64,000 nucleotides of DNA from a virus (Duplodnaviria; Caudoviricetes). This document shows, piece by piece, positions 34,675-45,622 of the stretch (the first letter of the stretch is position 1; each line of letters starts with the position of its first letter). The stretch lies in the IMG/VR virus record IMGVR_UViG_3300020388_000010; one strand, given 5' to 3'. The notes under the pieces are model-generated. The model was not told where the DNA came from, ran no database searches, and worked only from the letters and a program-made list of their open reading frames with translations. The position numbers were made by a program, and so were the translations under genes.

Positions 34675-36572
34675 TGGCAAATAAAGAAAGATTAAGAATT
34701 ACAGAATTAGATTTTGATGGTATCAAAAGTAATTTAAAAACATTCCTAAAAAATCAAACAGAATTTACAGACTACGACTTTGAAGGTTCTGGTATGAATG
34801 TCTTATTAGATGTTCTTGCATACAACACGCACTATCAAGCTATGAACGCAAACCTTATGGGTAATGAGATGTTTCTTGATACTGCACAACTTCGTTCTTC
34901 AGTCGTATCACACGCAAAACTATTAGGTTATAAAGTAAGAAGTTCACGAGCACCTAAAGCAATAGTTAATGTAGAGGTTAGTTCACTTACTGGCATAACA
35001 ACTGCAACAATACCAAAAGGTTTTTCTTTTCAATCATCTATTGATAATGTTCCTTACTTTTTTATTACAAATGAAGCAGTTACTAAATCAAGAGAAAATA
35101 ATGTATTAAGATTTGAAGGATTAGAAGTATTTGAGGGAACATTAATCACAACAAGATATACTGTTGATGCAGATAACATTGACCAAAGATTTATAATTGC
35201 AGATACAAAAGCAGATATGTCAACTCTTAAAGTTACTGTACAAAACTCTTCAACCGATTCAACTACTCAAACATATACAGAATCTGCTGACATAGTTCAA
35301 GCAACATCTACATCTAATGTATTTTTTATACAAGAGGTTGAAGATGGACAACACGAAATATTATTTGGTGATGGTGTAATAGGTAAAAAATTAACTGATG
35401 GTAATATAGTTGTTTTAGAATATATTGTTACTAACGAAACTTTAGCTAATGGTGCAGGCAGTCTTACTGGTTCTTCACAGATTTCTGGTTCTACTGCATA
35501 TACTGTTACGACAACATCTGCAGCCACTGGTGGTGCAACAAGAGAAACTATTGATAGTATTAAATTTAATGCACCTTTAGATTACTCTGCACAAAATAGA
35601 GCAGTCACAGTAAATGATTACAAAGTATTTGTAAGACAAGTATTTCCAGATACTGCAGCTGTTTCAGTTTGGGGTGGTGAAGATAATGACCCACCAAAAT
35701 ATGGAATAGTTTATATCTCTATTAAAACAAATGATGGAAACACATTAACTAATTCTCAAAAGTCTACAATACAAAATTCTTTAAAACCATATAATGTTGC
35801 ATCTATTAGAACAGAAATAGTTGACCCAGAAACTATTCAAATTAGATTAACAACTAATTTCAAATACAATTCTACAATCACTACAAAAACAGTTAATGAT
35901 TTAAATGCATTAATTGTAACAACACTTACAACTTATAGTGCAGACACTTTAGAACAATTTAATTCACAATTTAGATTTTCAGATTTGATTGGACAAATAG
36001 ATGATACTGATAGTGCAATAACTTCAAATGTAACTACTATTCAAATGTCTAAAATAATCACACCAACTCTCAACACCAATTCATCATATACAGTAAACTT
36101 TGGCAATTCAATATATAATCCTCATAGTGGTCACGAAGCTGTTGTATCATCAACTGGATTTAAAGTAAGTGGTAATGATAACGAACTTTTTATTGATGAC
36201 ACAGATGGTACATTAAGAACTTATTATTTTGTTGGTACAACGAAGACTATTGTAGATGCAAATTTTGGTACTGTTGATTATATTACTGGTAAAGTATCTA
36301 TACCTAGTGCAAAAATAACAAGTATATCTAATGTTGATGGTGCAACATCTACACAAATTAGAATAGTTGCAGTTCCATCATCTCCAGATATAATACCTTT
36401 GAGAAATAATATATTAGAAATAGATTTACCTAATTCAACTGTTAATGGAAAAGTAGACACTGCAACCTCAAGTTCTGGTTCGTCTGTTGCAACAACATCG
36501 GCTGCTGTAACAACTGCTGATACATCAACATCTTATATTACTACTGGAAGTAGTTCCTCAAGTGGTTACTAA
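34674..36572 (+). CDS. gp6: gp6 baseplate wedge subunit
   Basis: LDFDGIK, FTDYDFEGS, LAYNTHY, QNRAVT..DY, WGGED. Confidence 0.97.
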   Translation: MANKERLRITELDFDGIKSNLKTFLKNQTEFTDYDFEGSGMNVLLDVLAYNTHYQAMNANLMGNEMFLDTAQLRSSVVSHAKLLGYKVRSSRAPKAIVNVEVSSLTGITTATIPKGFSFQSSIDNVPYFFITNEAVTKSRENNVLRFEGLEVFEGTLITTRYTVDADNIDQRFIIADTKADMSTLKVTVQNSSTDSTTQTYTESADIVQATSTSNVFFIQEVEDGQHEILFGDGVIGKKLTDGNIVVLEYIVTNETLANGAGSLTGSSQISGSTAYTVTTTSAATGGATRETIDSIKFNAPLDYSAQNRAVTVNDYKVFVRQVFPDTAAVSVWGGEDNDPPKYGIVYISIKTNDGNTLTNSQKSTIQNSLKPYNVASIRTEIVDPETIQIRLTTNFKYNSTITTKTVNDLNALIVTTLTTYSADTLEQFNSQFRFSDLIGQIDDTDSAITSNVTTIQMSKIITPTLNTNSSYTVNFGNSIYNPHSGHEAVVSSTGFKVSGNDNELFIDDTDGTLRTYYFVGTTKTIVDANFGTVDYITGKVSIPSAKITSISNVDGATSTQIRIVAVPSSPDIIPLRNNILEIDLPNSTVNGKVDTATSSSGSSVATTSAAVTTADTSTSYITTGSSSSSGY

Positions 36573-39500
36573 TGTCTTCTACATTTGATAAAAAAATATC
36601 ACCTTTATTACAAGAATTCGTTCCAGAGTTCTTAAAATCTGACCACCCTAAATTTGTAAAATTTTTAAAAGATTATTATAGATATCTTGAGTGTGGACAA
36701 CTAACCATTTCTGGTGATGTCAATTATGTGTTACAAGAAACTACATCTAATAATTATATTTTAAATGAGAAAGGTGATGAGAATGTTGTATTAGAAGATT
36801 CTGTTGCAAAGTTTACAGTTGGTGAAACAATCAAAGGTATTACATCTAATGCAACTGCGACAGTTTTAATTGATGACTTTGATGACAATCAAGTATTATA
36901 CATTACTTCACAAAATAAATTTGAAACTAATGAAGAAATTCAAGGTTTAACTTCTAATGCCCGAGCTAAAATTACACAGTTTCGTGGTAATCCAATACAA
37001 AACATTCAACAACTTTTAGATTATGCAGATGTTGATAATACCATATATGATTTTCTAACTCAATTTAGAGATTCATTTTTAGAAGGTATTAGTGAAACAC
37101 TTGCAAGTGGTGTATCAAAAAGACAATTAATAAAAACAATAAAAGATTTATATACTTCTAAAGGTACTATTGATGGTCACAAATATTTCTTTAGATTATT
37201 ATTTGATGAAGAAGCTGAAATAGTATTTCCAAGAGATAATATGTTAAGAGTTTCTGACGGTTTCTGGGACTCAGAAATTGTTATGAAAGTTATTGAAACA
37301 GGCACATCAGACTTTGGTAGTCTTTCTAATAAAATAATAACTGGTAGAACATCTGGTGCAACAGCAAGAATCACGACAGTCACTAAATTTACAGAGGGTG
37401 GTAATGCGTTTGCACAATTAAGAATTGCAGATAACTCTATTACTGGAACATTTCAAATTGGTGAAACTGTTTTTGGAACAGACCCTAATAATGATTTTGA
37501 TATTTTTGCAGTCATACAAGAAATTGTTTCTGGTGTTGATATTACTAGAAGTGGACAGTATTATGAAATCAATGACCCAGTAACTGTAATAGGTGGTGAT
37601 GGTTTTGCAGAAATGGTTGTTGCAGATGTATCAAAAGGTAAGATAGATGAAATAGTAATTGATGATACTGGTACTGGTTATACAAATGGAGCTCAACTTC
37701 AATTTGATAATAGTGATACAGATGGTACTGGTGTAGAAGCAAATGTTGATATTGTAGGTGGTTCAATACAATTAGAAAACGCAACATCTGGTGATAACAT
37801 TATTACTGATGAAAGAGAAAGTATTATTGTTGATGATGTCGGTGATATAGAACAAGAAGATGCAACCTTTGAAAATGTAAATATAGTTTTAAATAGAACT
37901 GCAACTCCCCACACAGATGCCGGTGATAATATAATTATTGAAACACCAGTTGACCCAGACAACTTCATTACAAATCATATTCAAATAGAAGATGATTCTG
38001 ATGGTGTCACTAATATAATTTTTGATAGAACAGATGCAACTGGGTCAGATGCAAATTCAAAAATACTTACAGAGGATTCTGTTGTTACGAGTGCAATACA
38101 AACTGGTGTGTTAGTCGGTGAAGAAACAAATTCATCTGAAAGATTTAGACAATCACTACCAGTAGATAACAATAACGATTTTATATTAGAAGACGAATTA
38201 GGAAACTTTAGATTACTAAGAGAAGAATCTGAACCAGAGTTCTTGATATTAGAACAAGATGCAACTGTTGATCACATAGTTCTTGATGGTACTGATACAA
38301 ATAGTGCTAACGAAAATGATAATATAGTTCAAGAGAATGATGGTGCTTCTAGAATCACTATGGAATTGTCAGATAGTGATGATGTATTACTATTTGAAAA
38401 TGAACAGTTTACACAATTAGAAACTGCAACATTACCGTCACAAGAACAAGGTGAGATAAGAAGAATAAGAATTACAAATGAAGGTAATGGTTATACTAAA
38501 TTACCATCTATAACTGTATCTGGTGGTACTGGTGCAAAACTTCTTGCAAAATCTAATACTGGAGTTGGTGGTGTTACAGAAGTAGGTATTAGAAACTTCG
38601 GTTCTGGGTATAAGAACGATTCTGTTTATCACATATTAGAAGATGCAACTGTTACTGGTGAAGCAATATCTGGCCAAAAAATATTATTAGAAAATGAGGG
38701 TGAAGGTGATGCAATCTTAAATGAAGATACAGTAAGAGATTCTGTAAGATTTAATAAAACTGTATTAGTAAAAGACATTGTTGGAACATTTGTTGCAACA
38801 GAAGGTTTAACATCATCAGAAGGAACTATTGTTTCCTTTGATAGTGCAAAACAAACCATTAAAATAAATTCAACACATACACCAGAAGAGGATGATTTAA
38901 TTACAACTGGTACTGCAAGTGGAATAGTTGTACAATGTTTAACAGCTGATGGTGATTTAACAACTGGTGCAACTGGTAGAACAACTGGTAACTTCATAGG
39001 TTCAAAAGGATTTGTATCTGAAGATACTATGAGAATTCAAGACTCGTATTATTATCAAGATTTTTCTTATGTTGTGAAAATAGGTGAATCAATTAATGAG
39101 TGGCGTGATAGTATTAGAACTGCGACACACCCTGCTGGGTTTGCAGTATTCGGACAAGTTACTATTGCATCATTAGTCAATGCACAACTTAAAATACCTA
39201 CTGGTTCTGAGATTTCTGGATTTGTAGGTGATACTGAAACATTTACTCCAGAACTTGCATCTACACTTACAACTCTATTTACAACTGTATTTGGTCGTAG
39301 GTTGGGTACAACAAATGATGGTACAACTTTAAATACAGCACCAGCTATTGGTTATCAAGAAAATACAAGTGGGGGTGGAACAGTATTACCATCTGGTAAA
39401 AGAGAACTAACATTATCAAGTTCTGTATCTATTACTATGGGTGGTGCAACATCATCATCATTTGCACCTTTCTTAGTTAATCTTGCAAAATATGGATTTA

Positions 39501-40111
39501 TGCAAGAGGGATTTTTAGGTGATGATGAAAATGTAGATACTTATTTTACTATTGACCAATTTAAAGATGTTAAAATAAATGAAGTATCAGTAACTGGTGG
39601 ATTTAGTGATACTGATGAAGAAAACTTTGATTCCACAACAAGGTTCTTTGATGAAAGTAGAAACTTTATACCAAACTCTGCATTTACTACAAGAATTAAT
39701 GTACCACCAAGAGGTGAATTAAGAATTACTAAAACTGGTATGTTCCAAACATTTGATATGGACTTTAGAACATTTGATGATATTAGACAAACATTTGATG
39801 AAGATAATGCTGGTGGTAAGACAATAGATACATTGGGTCAAGAGTTCTTAGACTTCTCTGAGACACAAAAAACATTTGATTCAACAAGTACGAAGTTTGA
39901 TGTAGGTTTTGCTGGATTAACTAATCCACTAGACTTCTCACAGACATTATATAAATTTGATGATACACTAGGTGGTGATTATGCAAGATTTGATGCAGAC
40001 TTTAGTGTTTCACAAACTGCAAACATAACAACTACATTTGATGCAAGTGCATTTAGATTTGATGCAACTTTATCAGATATGGGATTAACTTTTGATAATA
40101 CTGCAACTTAA
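36572..40111 (+). CDS. gp7: gp7 baseplate wedge initiator with acidic repeat insertions
   Basis: LYTSKGT...FFRLLF, RIQDSYYYQDFSYV, HPAGFAVFG; follows gp6. Confidence 0.85.
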   Translation: MSSTFDKKISPLLQEFVPEFLKSDHPKFVKFLKDYYRYLECGQLTISGDVNYVLQETTSNNYILNEKGDENVVLEDSVAKFTVGETIKGITSNATATVLIDDFDDNQVLYITSQNKFETNEEIQGLTSNARAKITQFRGNPIQNIQQLLDYADVDNTIYDFLTQFRDSFLEGISETLASGVSKRQLIKTIKDLYTSKGTIDGHKYFFRLLFDEEAEIVFPRDNMLRVSDGFWDSEIVMKVIETGTSDFGSLSNKIITGRTSGATARITTVTKFTEGGNAFAQLRIADNSITGTFQIGETVFGTDPNNDFDIFAVIQEIVSGVDITRSGQYYEINDPVTVIGGDGFAEMVVADVSKGKIDEIVIDDTGTGYTNGAQLQFDNSDTDGTGVEANVDIVGGSIQLENATSGDNIITDERESIIVDDVGDIEQEDATFENVNIVLNRTATPHTDAGDNIIIETPVDPDNFITNHIQIEDDSDGVTNIIFDRTDATGSDANSKILTEDSVVTSAIQTGVLVGEETNSSERFRQSLPVDNNNDFILEDELGNFRLLREESEPEFLILEQDATVDHIVLDGTDTNSANENDNIVQENDGASRITMELSDSDDVLLFENEQFTQLETATLPSQEQGEIRRIRITNEGNGYTKLPSITVSGGTGAKLLAKSNTGVGGVTEVGIRNFGSGYKNDSVYHILEDATVTGEAISGQKILLENEGEGDAILNEDTVRDSVRFNKTVLVKDIVGTFVATEGLTSSEGTIVSFDSAKQTIKINSTHTPEEDDLITTGTASGIVVQCLTADGDLTTGATGRTTGNFIGSKGFVSEDTMRIQDSYYYQDFSYVVKIGESINEWRDSIRTATHPAGFAVFGQVTIASLVNAQLKIPTGSEISGFVGDTETFTPELASTLTTLFTTVFGRRLGTTNDGTTLNTAPAIGYQENTSGGGTVLPSGKRELTLSSSVSITMGGATSSSFAPFLVNLAKYGFMQEGFLGDDENVDTYFTIDQFKDVKINEVSVTGGFSDTDEENFDSTTRFFDESRNFIPNSAFTTRINVPPRGELRITKTGMFQTFDMDFRTFDDIRQTFDEDNAGGKTIDTLGQEFLDFSETQKTFDSTSTKFDVGFAGLTNPLDFSQTLYKFDDTLGGDYARFDADFSVSQTANITTTFDASAFRFDATLSDMGLTFDNTAT

Positions 40112-40148
40112 TCATTATAAATAAAAGTAGATAATAGGAGATATAGGA

Positions 40149-41060
40149 ATGGCATATCAATCTATCGGACTTGGAAGTTCAGCAAATGATGGGACAGGCG
40201 ATACCCTCAGAGCTGGAGGTGACAAGGCAAACGATAACTTTGTAGAACTGTACACATTATTAGGTACTGGTTCTGCTTTAACTTCTGGGATGAGTGCAAC
40301 TGCAACCGTAGTTACATTAACAGCCCCAGTAATCGCTACAAGTTTAGACCTTAATGGTTCTGAACTTATTTTAGATGTTGATGCAGATACTTCAATAACT
40401 GCTGATTCAGACGATACAATAGATTTTAAAATAGGTGGTGCTGATATATTTCAGATGACTGCAACTAAACTTGACCTTAATGGTAAAGAATTAGTTTTAG
40501 ATGCAGACGCTGATACATCTATCACTGCTGATGTAGATGATACTATTCACTTTAAAATAAATGGTGATGATGATATCATTTTCACAACTGGTATTATTGA
40601 TGTAAAAAATAGTGGTGCAAAATCACAAGTAAGATTATATTGTGAGAGTTCAAATGCACACTATGTTGCAATAGAATCTCCAGCTCACGCTGTATATTCT
40701 GGTAATGTCACAGTCACACTACCAAACAAAACATCAACACTTCAAGGTTCATCAACTGAAACCATAACTGGTGCTGGTGGTTCTAACGCACTAGATAAAG
40801 ATACTGAAGTATCACTTCTAAACACAGCTAGTGGTACTGCTGGACTTACTCTTGCAACTGGTCGTTTTGTTGGTCAAAGAAAAATAATCATTATGACTGT
40901 TGCTGGTAACAATGCAACAATGACACAATCAAATGGTAACTTAAACTCTACCAATGTTTCTACAAGTATTGTATTTAATGCAATCGGTGAAAGTGTTGTT
41001 TTAGTTTACAATGGTGCAAACTGGAATGTAGTTTCTAGTAACGGTGCAACCATATCATAG
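40149..41060 (+). CDS. gp9/gp10-like baseplate-fibre connector
   Basis: NDGTGDTLRAGGDKANDNFVELY; tandem LDLNG.EL.LD.DADTSITAD.DDTI.FKI repeat; late promoter at 40116. Confidence 0.8.
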   Translation: MAYQSIGLGSSANDGTGDTLRAGGDKANDNFVELYTLLGTGSALTSGMSATATVVTLTAPVIATSLDLNGSELILDVDADTSITADSDDTIDFKIGGADIFQMTATKLDLNGKELVLDADADTSITADVDDTIHFKINGDDDIIFTTGIIDVKNSGAKSQVRLYCESSNAHYVAIESPAHAVYSGNVTVTLPNKTSTLQGSSTETITGAGGSNALDKDTEVSLLNTASGTAGLTLATGRFVGQRKIIIMTVAGNNATMTQSNGNLNSTNVSTSIVFNAIGESVVLVYNGANWNVVSSNGATIS

Positions 41061-41068
41061 GATAAATT

Positions 41069-41455
41069 ATGGCTGTCTTTCAACTTCCAACTGATGGTAT
41101 CGCAGACGGTGCCATCACAACTGCTAAGATTAATGCATCAGTTAGTCTTGGTGCATCTGTTAATATTATTCTTAACGGAACAGATGGTGGAGGTTCTAAT
41201 GCTGGTGATAATTTAATCCTTGACGGTACAGATGGTGCTAGTGCTAATGCTGGTGATAAAGTTCAATATAATGATGTCCTAGATGCAAATGCCATTCCCC
41301 AATCTTTCGGACAATCAGCACAGTTTAGAGCAAACATTAAATTTTTAAATGAAACACTTACAATTCCTCAAGGAGTCAATGCAATGGCAGTCGGGCCTAT
41401 TACGGTTACTTCTGGTAATACATTGACAATAGAGGGAGATGTTGTTATACTTTAG
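41069..41455 (+). CDS. Small structural/fibre-associated protein
   Basis: DGAITTAKI, LDGTD repeats, NAMAVGPITV..G.TLTI C-terminus. Confidence 0.7.
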   Translation: MAVFQLPTDGIADGAITTAKINASVSLGASVNIILNGTDGGGSNAGDNLILDGTDGASANAGDKVQYNDVLDANAIPQSFGQSAQFRANIKFLNETLTIPQGVNAMAVGPITVTSGNTLTIEGDVVIL

Positions 41456-41464
41456 GTAGATTTT

Positions 41465-42079
41465 ATGGGTACATTAAAAGTAGATAATTTACAAAAAGAA
41501 GACGGAACAGCTATTATTACTGATGGTGTGATTCCAACTACAATATTAAAAAATTCTAGTGTTGGTATGGTTAAATTATTTCAAGGTAGTGCAGCTTCTG
41601 CTGCTTCATTTGAAATAAACAGTACATACATTAATTCTACTTATGACAATTATTTAATCTTTATAGATGCAACACCAGTTACTGATGCACAAACATTAAG
41701 AATGAGATTTTTACATAGTGATTCTGCTCATACTGGTAGTGATTATTTTTATGAGTGTGAAGTTCATTCAAGTTCAACACATACTTACGACCACGATGCC
41801 GCTGACCATATTAGAATGGTTTATCAAACCCCAGGCAATGCAGCTGGTGAGGGTTTAAATGTTTTTTGTACTTTGACACAAGTAAATAGTACCTCTAGAC
41901 CAACAACAGTTAAAGGTGATTATACAGTTGTGAACGATAGTGCAAGTAGTCAAGGGGGTACATTTAATGGAGGTCAAGACCTCGGAGGTAGAGCAACTGC
42001 GATAACTGGAGTTCATATTTATTTTGGTAGTGGTAATATAATTATGAATGACTTTGCAATTTATGGGATGGTAAAATAA
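41465..42079 (+). CDS. Putative receptor-binding/fibre subunit
   Basis: MGTLKVDNLQK N-terminus, beta-rich domain ending IYGM. Confidence 0.7.
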   Translation: MGTLKVDNLQKEDGTAIITDGVIPTTILKNSSVGMVKLFQGSAASAASFEINSTYINSTYDNYLIFIDATPVTDAQTLRMRFLHSDSAHTGSDYFYECEVHSSSTHTYDHDAADHIRMVYQTPGNAAGEGLNVFCTLTQVNSTSRPTTVKGDYTVVNDSASSQGGTFNGGQDLGGRATAITGVHIYFGSGNIIMNDFAIYGMVK

Positions 42080-42080
42080 A

Positions 42081-42752
42081 ATGGGTACATTAAAAGTAGA
42101 TAATTTACAAAAAAGAGATGGTACTGCACTTATCACAGATGGAGCTGCATCAACAACTTTACTTTCTCAAGCATCGTTAAGAAGTGCTGGTGTAGGTCTT
42201 ATAAAAATTAATACACAAACAGTTTCTGGTGCGGCCACAGTAAATTTTACTGATTTAGACACAACCTCTGGTTCTGCTCTTTATTCAAGTTTTAAAATTG
42301 TTATGGATAATGTTACAGCTGATTCTGATAATGCTGCTTTATTTTATGGAAGATTTGGTATTGGTGCAACACCAACATATAACACATCATCAAACTATAA
42401 TACTGTATTTGTTAATGGATTTTCAAATGTAGCAGGTTTACAACAACAAGGTGCTGGTAGTGCAGCTCAATTTTGGCTTGCGGCTAATGCTTCAAGTGGT
42501 TATTATATGCCTGGTGATACTTTTGAATTTTTAAGTGGAACAATGGATTTATTTAGAATGGGTGATTCAAATCACCCACCACAAACAAATTGGTTTTTAG
42601 GTTATCCGATATCAGGCAATGTACAATCTACTGGATTTGGTACAGCAACATTTGTTGAGAGTTCTGAAATTGTTAACGGAACAGCAGTACAATTATATAT
42701 GAGTACAGGCAACATATCTGGAACATTCACTTTATACGGAGTAACCAAATAA
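42081..42752 (+). CDS. Putative receptor-binding/fibre subunit (paralog)
   Basis: Same N-terminus; ends GNISGTFTLYGV. Confidence 0.7.
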   Translation: MGTLKVDNLQKRDGTALITDGAASTTLLSQASLRSAGVGLIKINTQTVSGAATVNFTDLDTTSGSALYSSFKIVMDNVTADSDNAALFYGRFGIGATPTYNTSSNYNTVFVNGFSNVAGLQQQGAGSAAQFWLAANASSGYYMPGDTFEFLSGTMDLFRMGDSNHPPQTNWFLGYPISGNVQSTGFGTATFVESSEIVNGTAVQLYMSTGNISGTFTLYGVTK

Positions 42753-43261
42753 TGGGAACATTAACAGTAGATAATTTAAATGTAAACAGTACAGCTAGTA
42801 TTACTAGTGGAGTAGGAATAGTTCTACAACAAATAACTGGTGCTGTGGTAAAAGCAACTTTTACTTCTTCAATACCAGATGATGATACAACTCCCACAGT
42901 TTCAGAAGGAACAGAAATTTACTCACAAGCAATAACACCGAGTTCTACTTCAAATAAAATTTTTATAACTGGTTCTATTGAGGGTTCAAGTTCTGCTGCT
43001 AATGGGTGGGGTATTACTGTTTTTAGAGGAAGCACTTGTATATTAACTGTTCATCAAACTAATGCTATGGGTGGTGGTCAGCCAAATCAATGTAATATTA
43101 ATGTTTTAGATTCACCTAGTTCAACATCAGCAGTAACATATTCAATTAGAGCTGGTTGTATGGCAGGGTCTTCAGCAATTTATGTACAAAGAAGAAGTTC
43201 AGAAAAATATAATGGAACAATGGCTTTAAATTCCGTAACACTTCAAGAGATAAAAGGTTAG
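42752..43261 (+). CDS. Putative fibre subunit
   Basis: MGTLTVDNL, ITPSSTSNKI, DSPSSTSAVTY, TLQEI. Confidence 0.7.
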   Translation: MGTLTVDNLNVNSTASITSGVGIVLQQITGAVVKATFTSSIPDDDTTPTVSEGTEIYSQAITPSSTSNKIFITGSIEGSSSAANGWGITVFRGSTCILTVHQTNAMGGGQPNQCNINVLDSPSSTSAVTYSIRAGCMAGSSAIYVQRRSSEKYNGTMALNSVTLQEIKG

Positions 43262-43265
43262 TAAT

Positions 43266-43634
43266 ATGAATATAGCAAAATTATTAGAATACTATTGGCC
43301 TGGTTGTTTATGGGAGTTAGTGGGTAATGACCAAACTGATTATAAAAATTTAACTTGGTTAGACAAATCAACAACGAAACCAACAGAATCAGAATTATTA
43401 GCAAAAAAAGATGAGGGTGAACTTCGTGAAGCATTAGATGAAATAAGACCAATAAGAAATAGACTTTTAAGAGAAAGTGATTGGACACAAATGCCAGACA
43501 TAAGTGACTCTAGAATGGATAGTACAACTAAAGGTAAATGGCAAGTGTATAGAGAAGAATTAAGAGATTTAACAAAAGGATTAGATACTGTTGACAAAGT
43601 AAAAAAAGTTACTTGGCCAACAGAACCAAGTTAG
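43266..43634 (+). CDS. Tail fibre assembly chaperone
   Basis: RNRLLRESDWTQ, W..YREELRDL, TWPTEP. Confidence 0.85.
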   Translation: MNIAKLLEYYWPGCLWELVGNDQTDYKNLTWLDKSTTKPTESELLAKKDEGELREALDEIRPIRNRLLRESDWTQMPDISDSRMDSTTKGKWQVYREELRDLTKGLDTVDKVKKVTWPTEPS

Positions 43635-43642
43635 GAAAATAA

Positions 43643-44440
43643 ATGGCATATATTGGAAAAGAACCTTCGTTTGGTGCATTTGAGAAAGACATCTTTACTG
43701 GTGATGGTTCAACTACACAATTTACTTTGACTCACACAGTTGCATCTGCAACATCTATGATTGTTTCTTTAGGTGGTGTTATTCAAGAGCCTGGTAGTGC
43801 ATATGATATTGCAATGGTGAGTGGTGTACAAAAAATTAATTTTGCTTCTGCTCCAGCAAACTCTGTAAGATGTTTTGTAGTTTATCTTGGTAGACAACAA
43901 ATAGTTCAAGCAAGAGCAGCCACAGATACAACTCCTACAATAGATACATTTACTGGAGGAAGTGGAACAACTGCATTTACTTTATCTAGAGTTCCTCAAA
44001 ACCCATCATCAACTGTAATTGCATTTGTGAATGGTGTGTTTCAAAAATATACAACAAACTTTTCAATCGCTGGTACAACTATAACTTTTACTTCTGCACC
44101 AGAAACATCTGCTGTCATAGTGGTAGTTCATTTATCAACAACAAACGAAGTTAATTTAGGTTCTCCAGATGATAATTCAGTAGGTACTGCAAAAATTCAA
44201 GACAACGCAGTAACAAATGCAAAAGCAGCTTTCACTTATACATCATCTTATTTTACTGGTGATGGTTCAACAACTGCATTTACAATTACTACTGGACATA
44301 CAGTAAATAGTGTTATAGTTACAGAAAATGGAGTTATGCAAAAACCAACAACCGATTATGGTGTGTCTGGTACAACCTTAACTTTTACAACTGCACCATC
44401 CAATACAGTACAAATTGGTGTTAGATATTTAGTGGTATAG
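43643..44440 (+). CDS. Structural protein with FTGDGSTTxF repeats
   Basis: MAYIG start; three repeated beta modules. Confidence 0.75.
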   Translation: MAYIGKEPSFGAFEKDIFTGDGSTTQFTLTHTVASATSMIVSLGGVIQEPGSAYDIAMVSGVQKINFASAPANSVRCFVVYLGRQQIVQARAATDTTPTIDTFTGGSGTTAFTLSRVPQNPSSTVIAFVNGVFQKYTTNFSIAGTTITFTSAPETSAVIVVVHLSTTNEVNLGSPDDNSVGTAKIQDNAVTNAKAAFTYTSSYFTGDGSTTAFTITTGHTVNSVIVTENGVMQKPTTDYGVSGTTLTFTTAPSNTVQIGVRYLVV

Positions 44441-44449
44441 GAAAATTAA

Positions 44450-45136
44450 ATGACTACAAGAATTACTACGGCTAATATTACAGATGGAACAATAGAAAAC
44501 ATTGATATAAAAAATGGTGATATTGATATAACATCAAAAATAACTGGTACAATTCCTAGTGCAAATTTAGGGACAATACCAGTATCAAAAGGCGGAACTG
44601 GTTTAACTTCATTAGGAAGTGCTGGACAAGCAATCAAAGTCAACAGTGGTGGAAGTGCATTAGAATTTGGTACTGCTGGTACAGTATTACAAGTTCAATC
44701 ATCATTTAAAGCTGATACAGATAGTACAACATCTACAAGTGATGTTGCGATATCTGGATTATCGTTAACCTTAACTCCAGCATCTACATCTAATAAAGTG
44801 TTAGTGCAATTTGATGTAGGTACTATGGGTAATAATTACAATGCTCATATGTTTTTTACAGTTTACAGAGATATTGCTGGTGGTGGATATAATGCTATTG
44901 GTCTAGGAACTGGTGGTAGTTCATATAATTATGGTGCTGGTTCTTATGCTGCTAATGGATATTATCATACAGTAGGTCATAATTTTTTAGACTCACCAAA
45001 CACTACATCAGAAATAACTTATAAATTATATTTTAGAGGAAGTAGTGGTTCATATACTTATTACATTAATAGAAGAAGTAGTGATGATTTATTTAGAGGG
45101 TCAACAAGTTTAATTTGTATGGAGGTAAAAGGATGA
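44450..45136 (+). CDS. Putative fibre subunit
   Basis: KGGTGLTS, VLQV, TPASTSNKVLV, DSPNTTSEITY, MEV. Confidence 0.7.
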   Translation: MTTRITTANITDGTIENIDIKNGDIDITSKITGTIPSANLGTIPVSKGGTGLTSLGSAGQAIKVNSGGSALEFGTAGTVLQVQSSFKADTDSTTSTSDVAISGLSLTLTPASTSNKVLVQFDVGTMGNNYNAHMFFTVYRDIAGGGYNAIGLGTGGSSYNYGAGSYAANGYYHTVGHNFLDSPNTTSEITYKLYFRGSSGSYTYYINRRSSDDLFRGSTSLICMEVKG

Positions 45137-45432
45137 GTTATACTAGACACGAAGCAATCAGAGAATTATATTCTAATGTCGTTACTGTTAGTGATAGTGC
45201 TGGTGCGTTTGATAAAGATGGAAAATTAGTTTCTGTTGATGAAGATAAAGTTAAAACAAAAATGGCAGAACTTAAAACTGCATATGATAAATTACAATAC
45301 CAAAGGGATAGAAAAGATGACTATCCAAGTATAGAAGACCAATTAGATATGCAGTATCACGATTTGATAAATGACACCACAACTTGGAAAGATGCTATTA
45401 AATCTGTCAAAGTTAAATATCCTAAGAAATAA
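45133..45432 (+). CDS. Tail fibre assembly chaperone-like protein
   Basis: YQRDR..YPSIEDQLD..YHD, W...I..VK.KYPK. Confidence 0.75.
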   Translation: MSYTRHEAIRELYSNVVTVSDSAGAFDKDGKLVSVDEDKVKTKMAELKTAYDKLQYQRDRKDDYPSIEDQLDMQYHDLINDTTTWKDAIKSVKVKYPKK

Positions 45433-45454
45433 TAAATAAATAAAAGGAATAAGA

Positions 45455-45622
45455 ATGGTAACTAGAATCACAAAACAATCACCAACTGGTGGTGCAAAGT
45501 TAAAAAGACCAGATGGTTCTACTTATATAGAATTACCAAAAACACCTTTTGATGCAAACAAAGAAGGTGAAACTAGGAAAATTAATGAAACAACTGGTTA
45601 CTTTGGAAAGAAGGTTTCATAA
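45455..45622 (+). CDS. Small hypothetical protein (not in track)
   Basis: AAGGA RBS; 55 aa; abuts the next gene. Confidence 0.55.
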   Translation: MVTRITKQSPTGGAKLKRPDGSTYIELPKTPFDANKEGETRKINETTGYFGKKVS

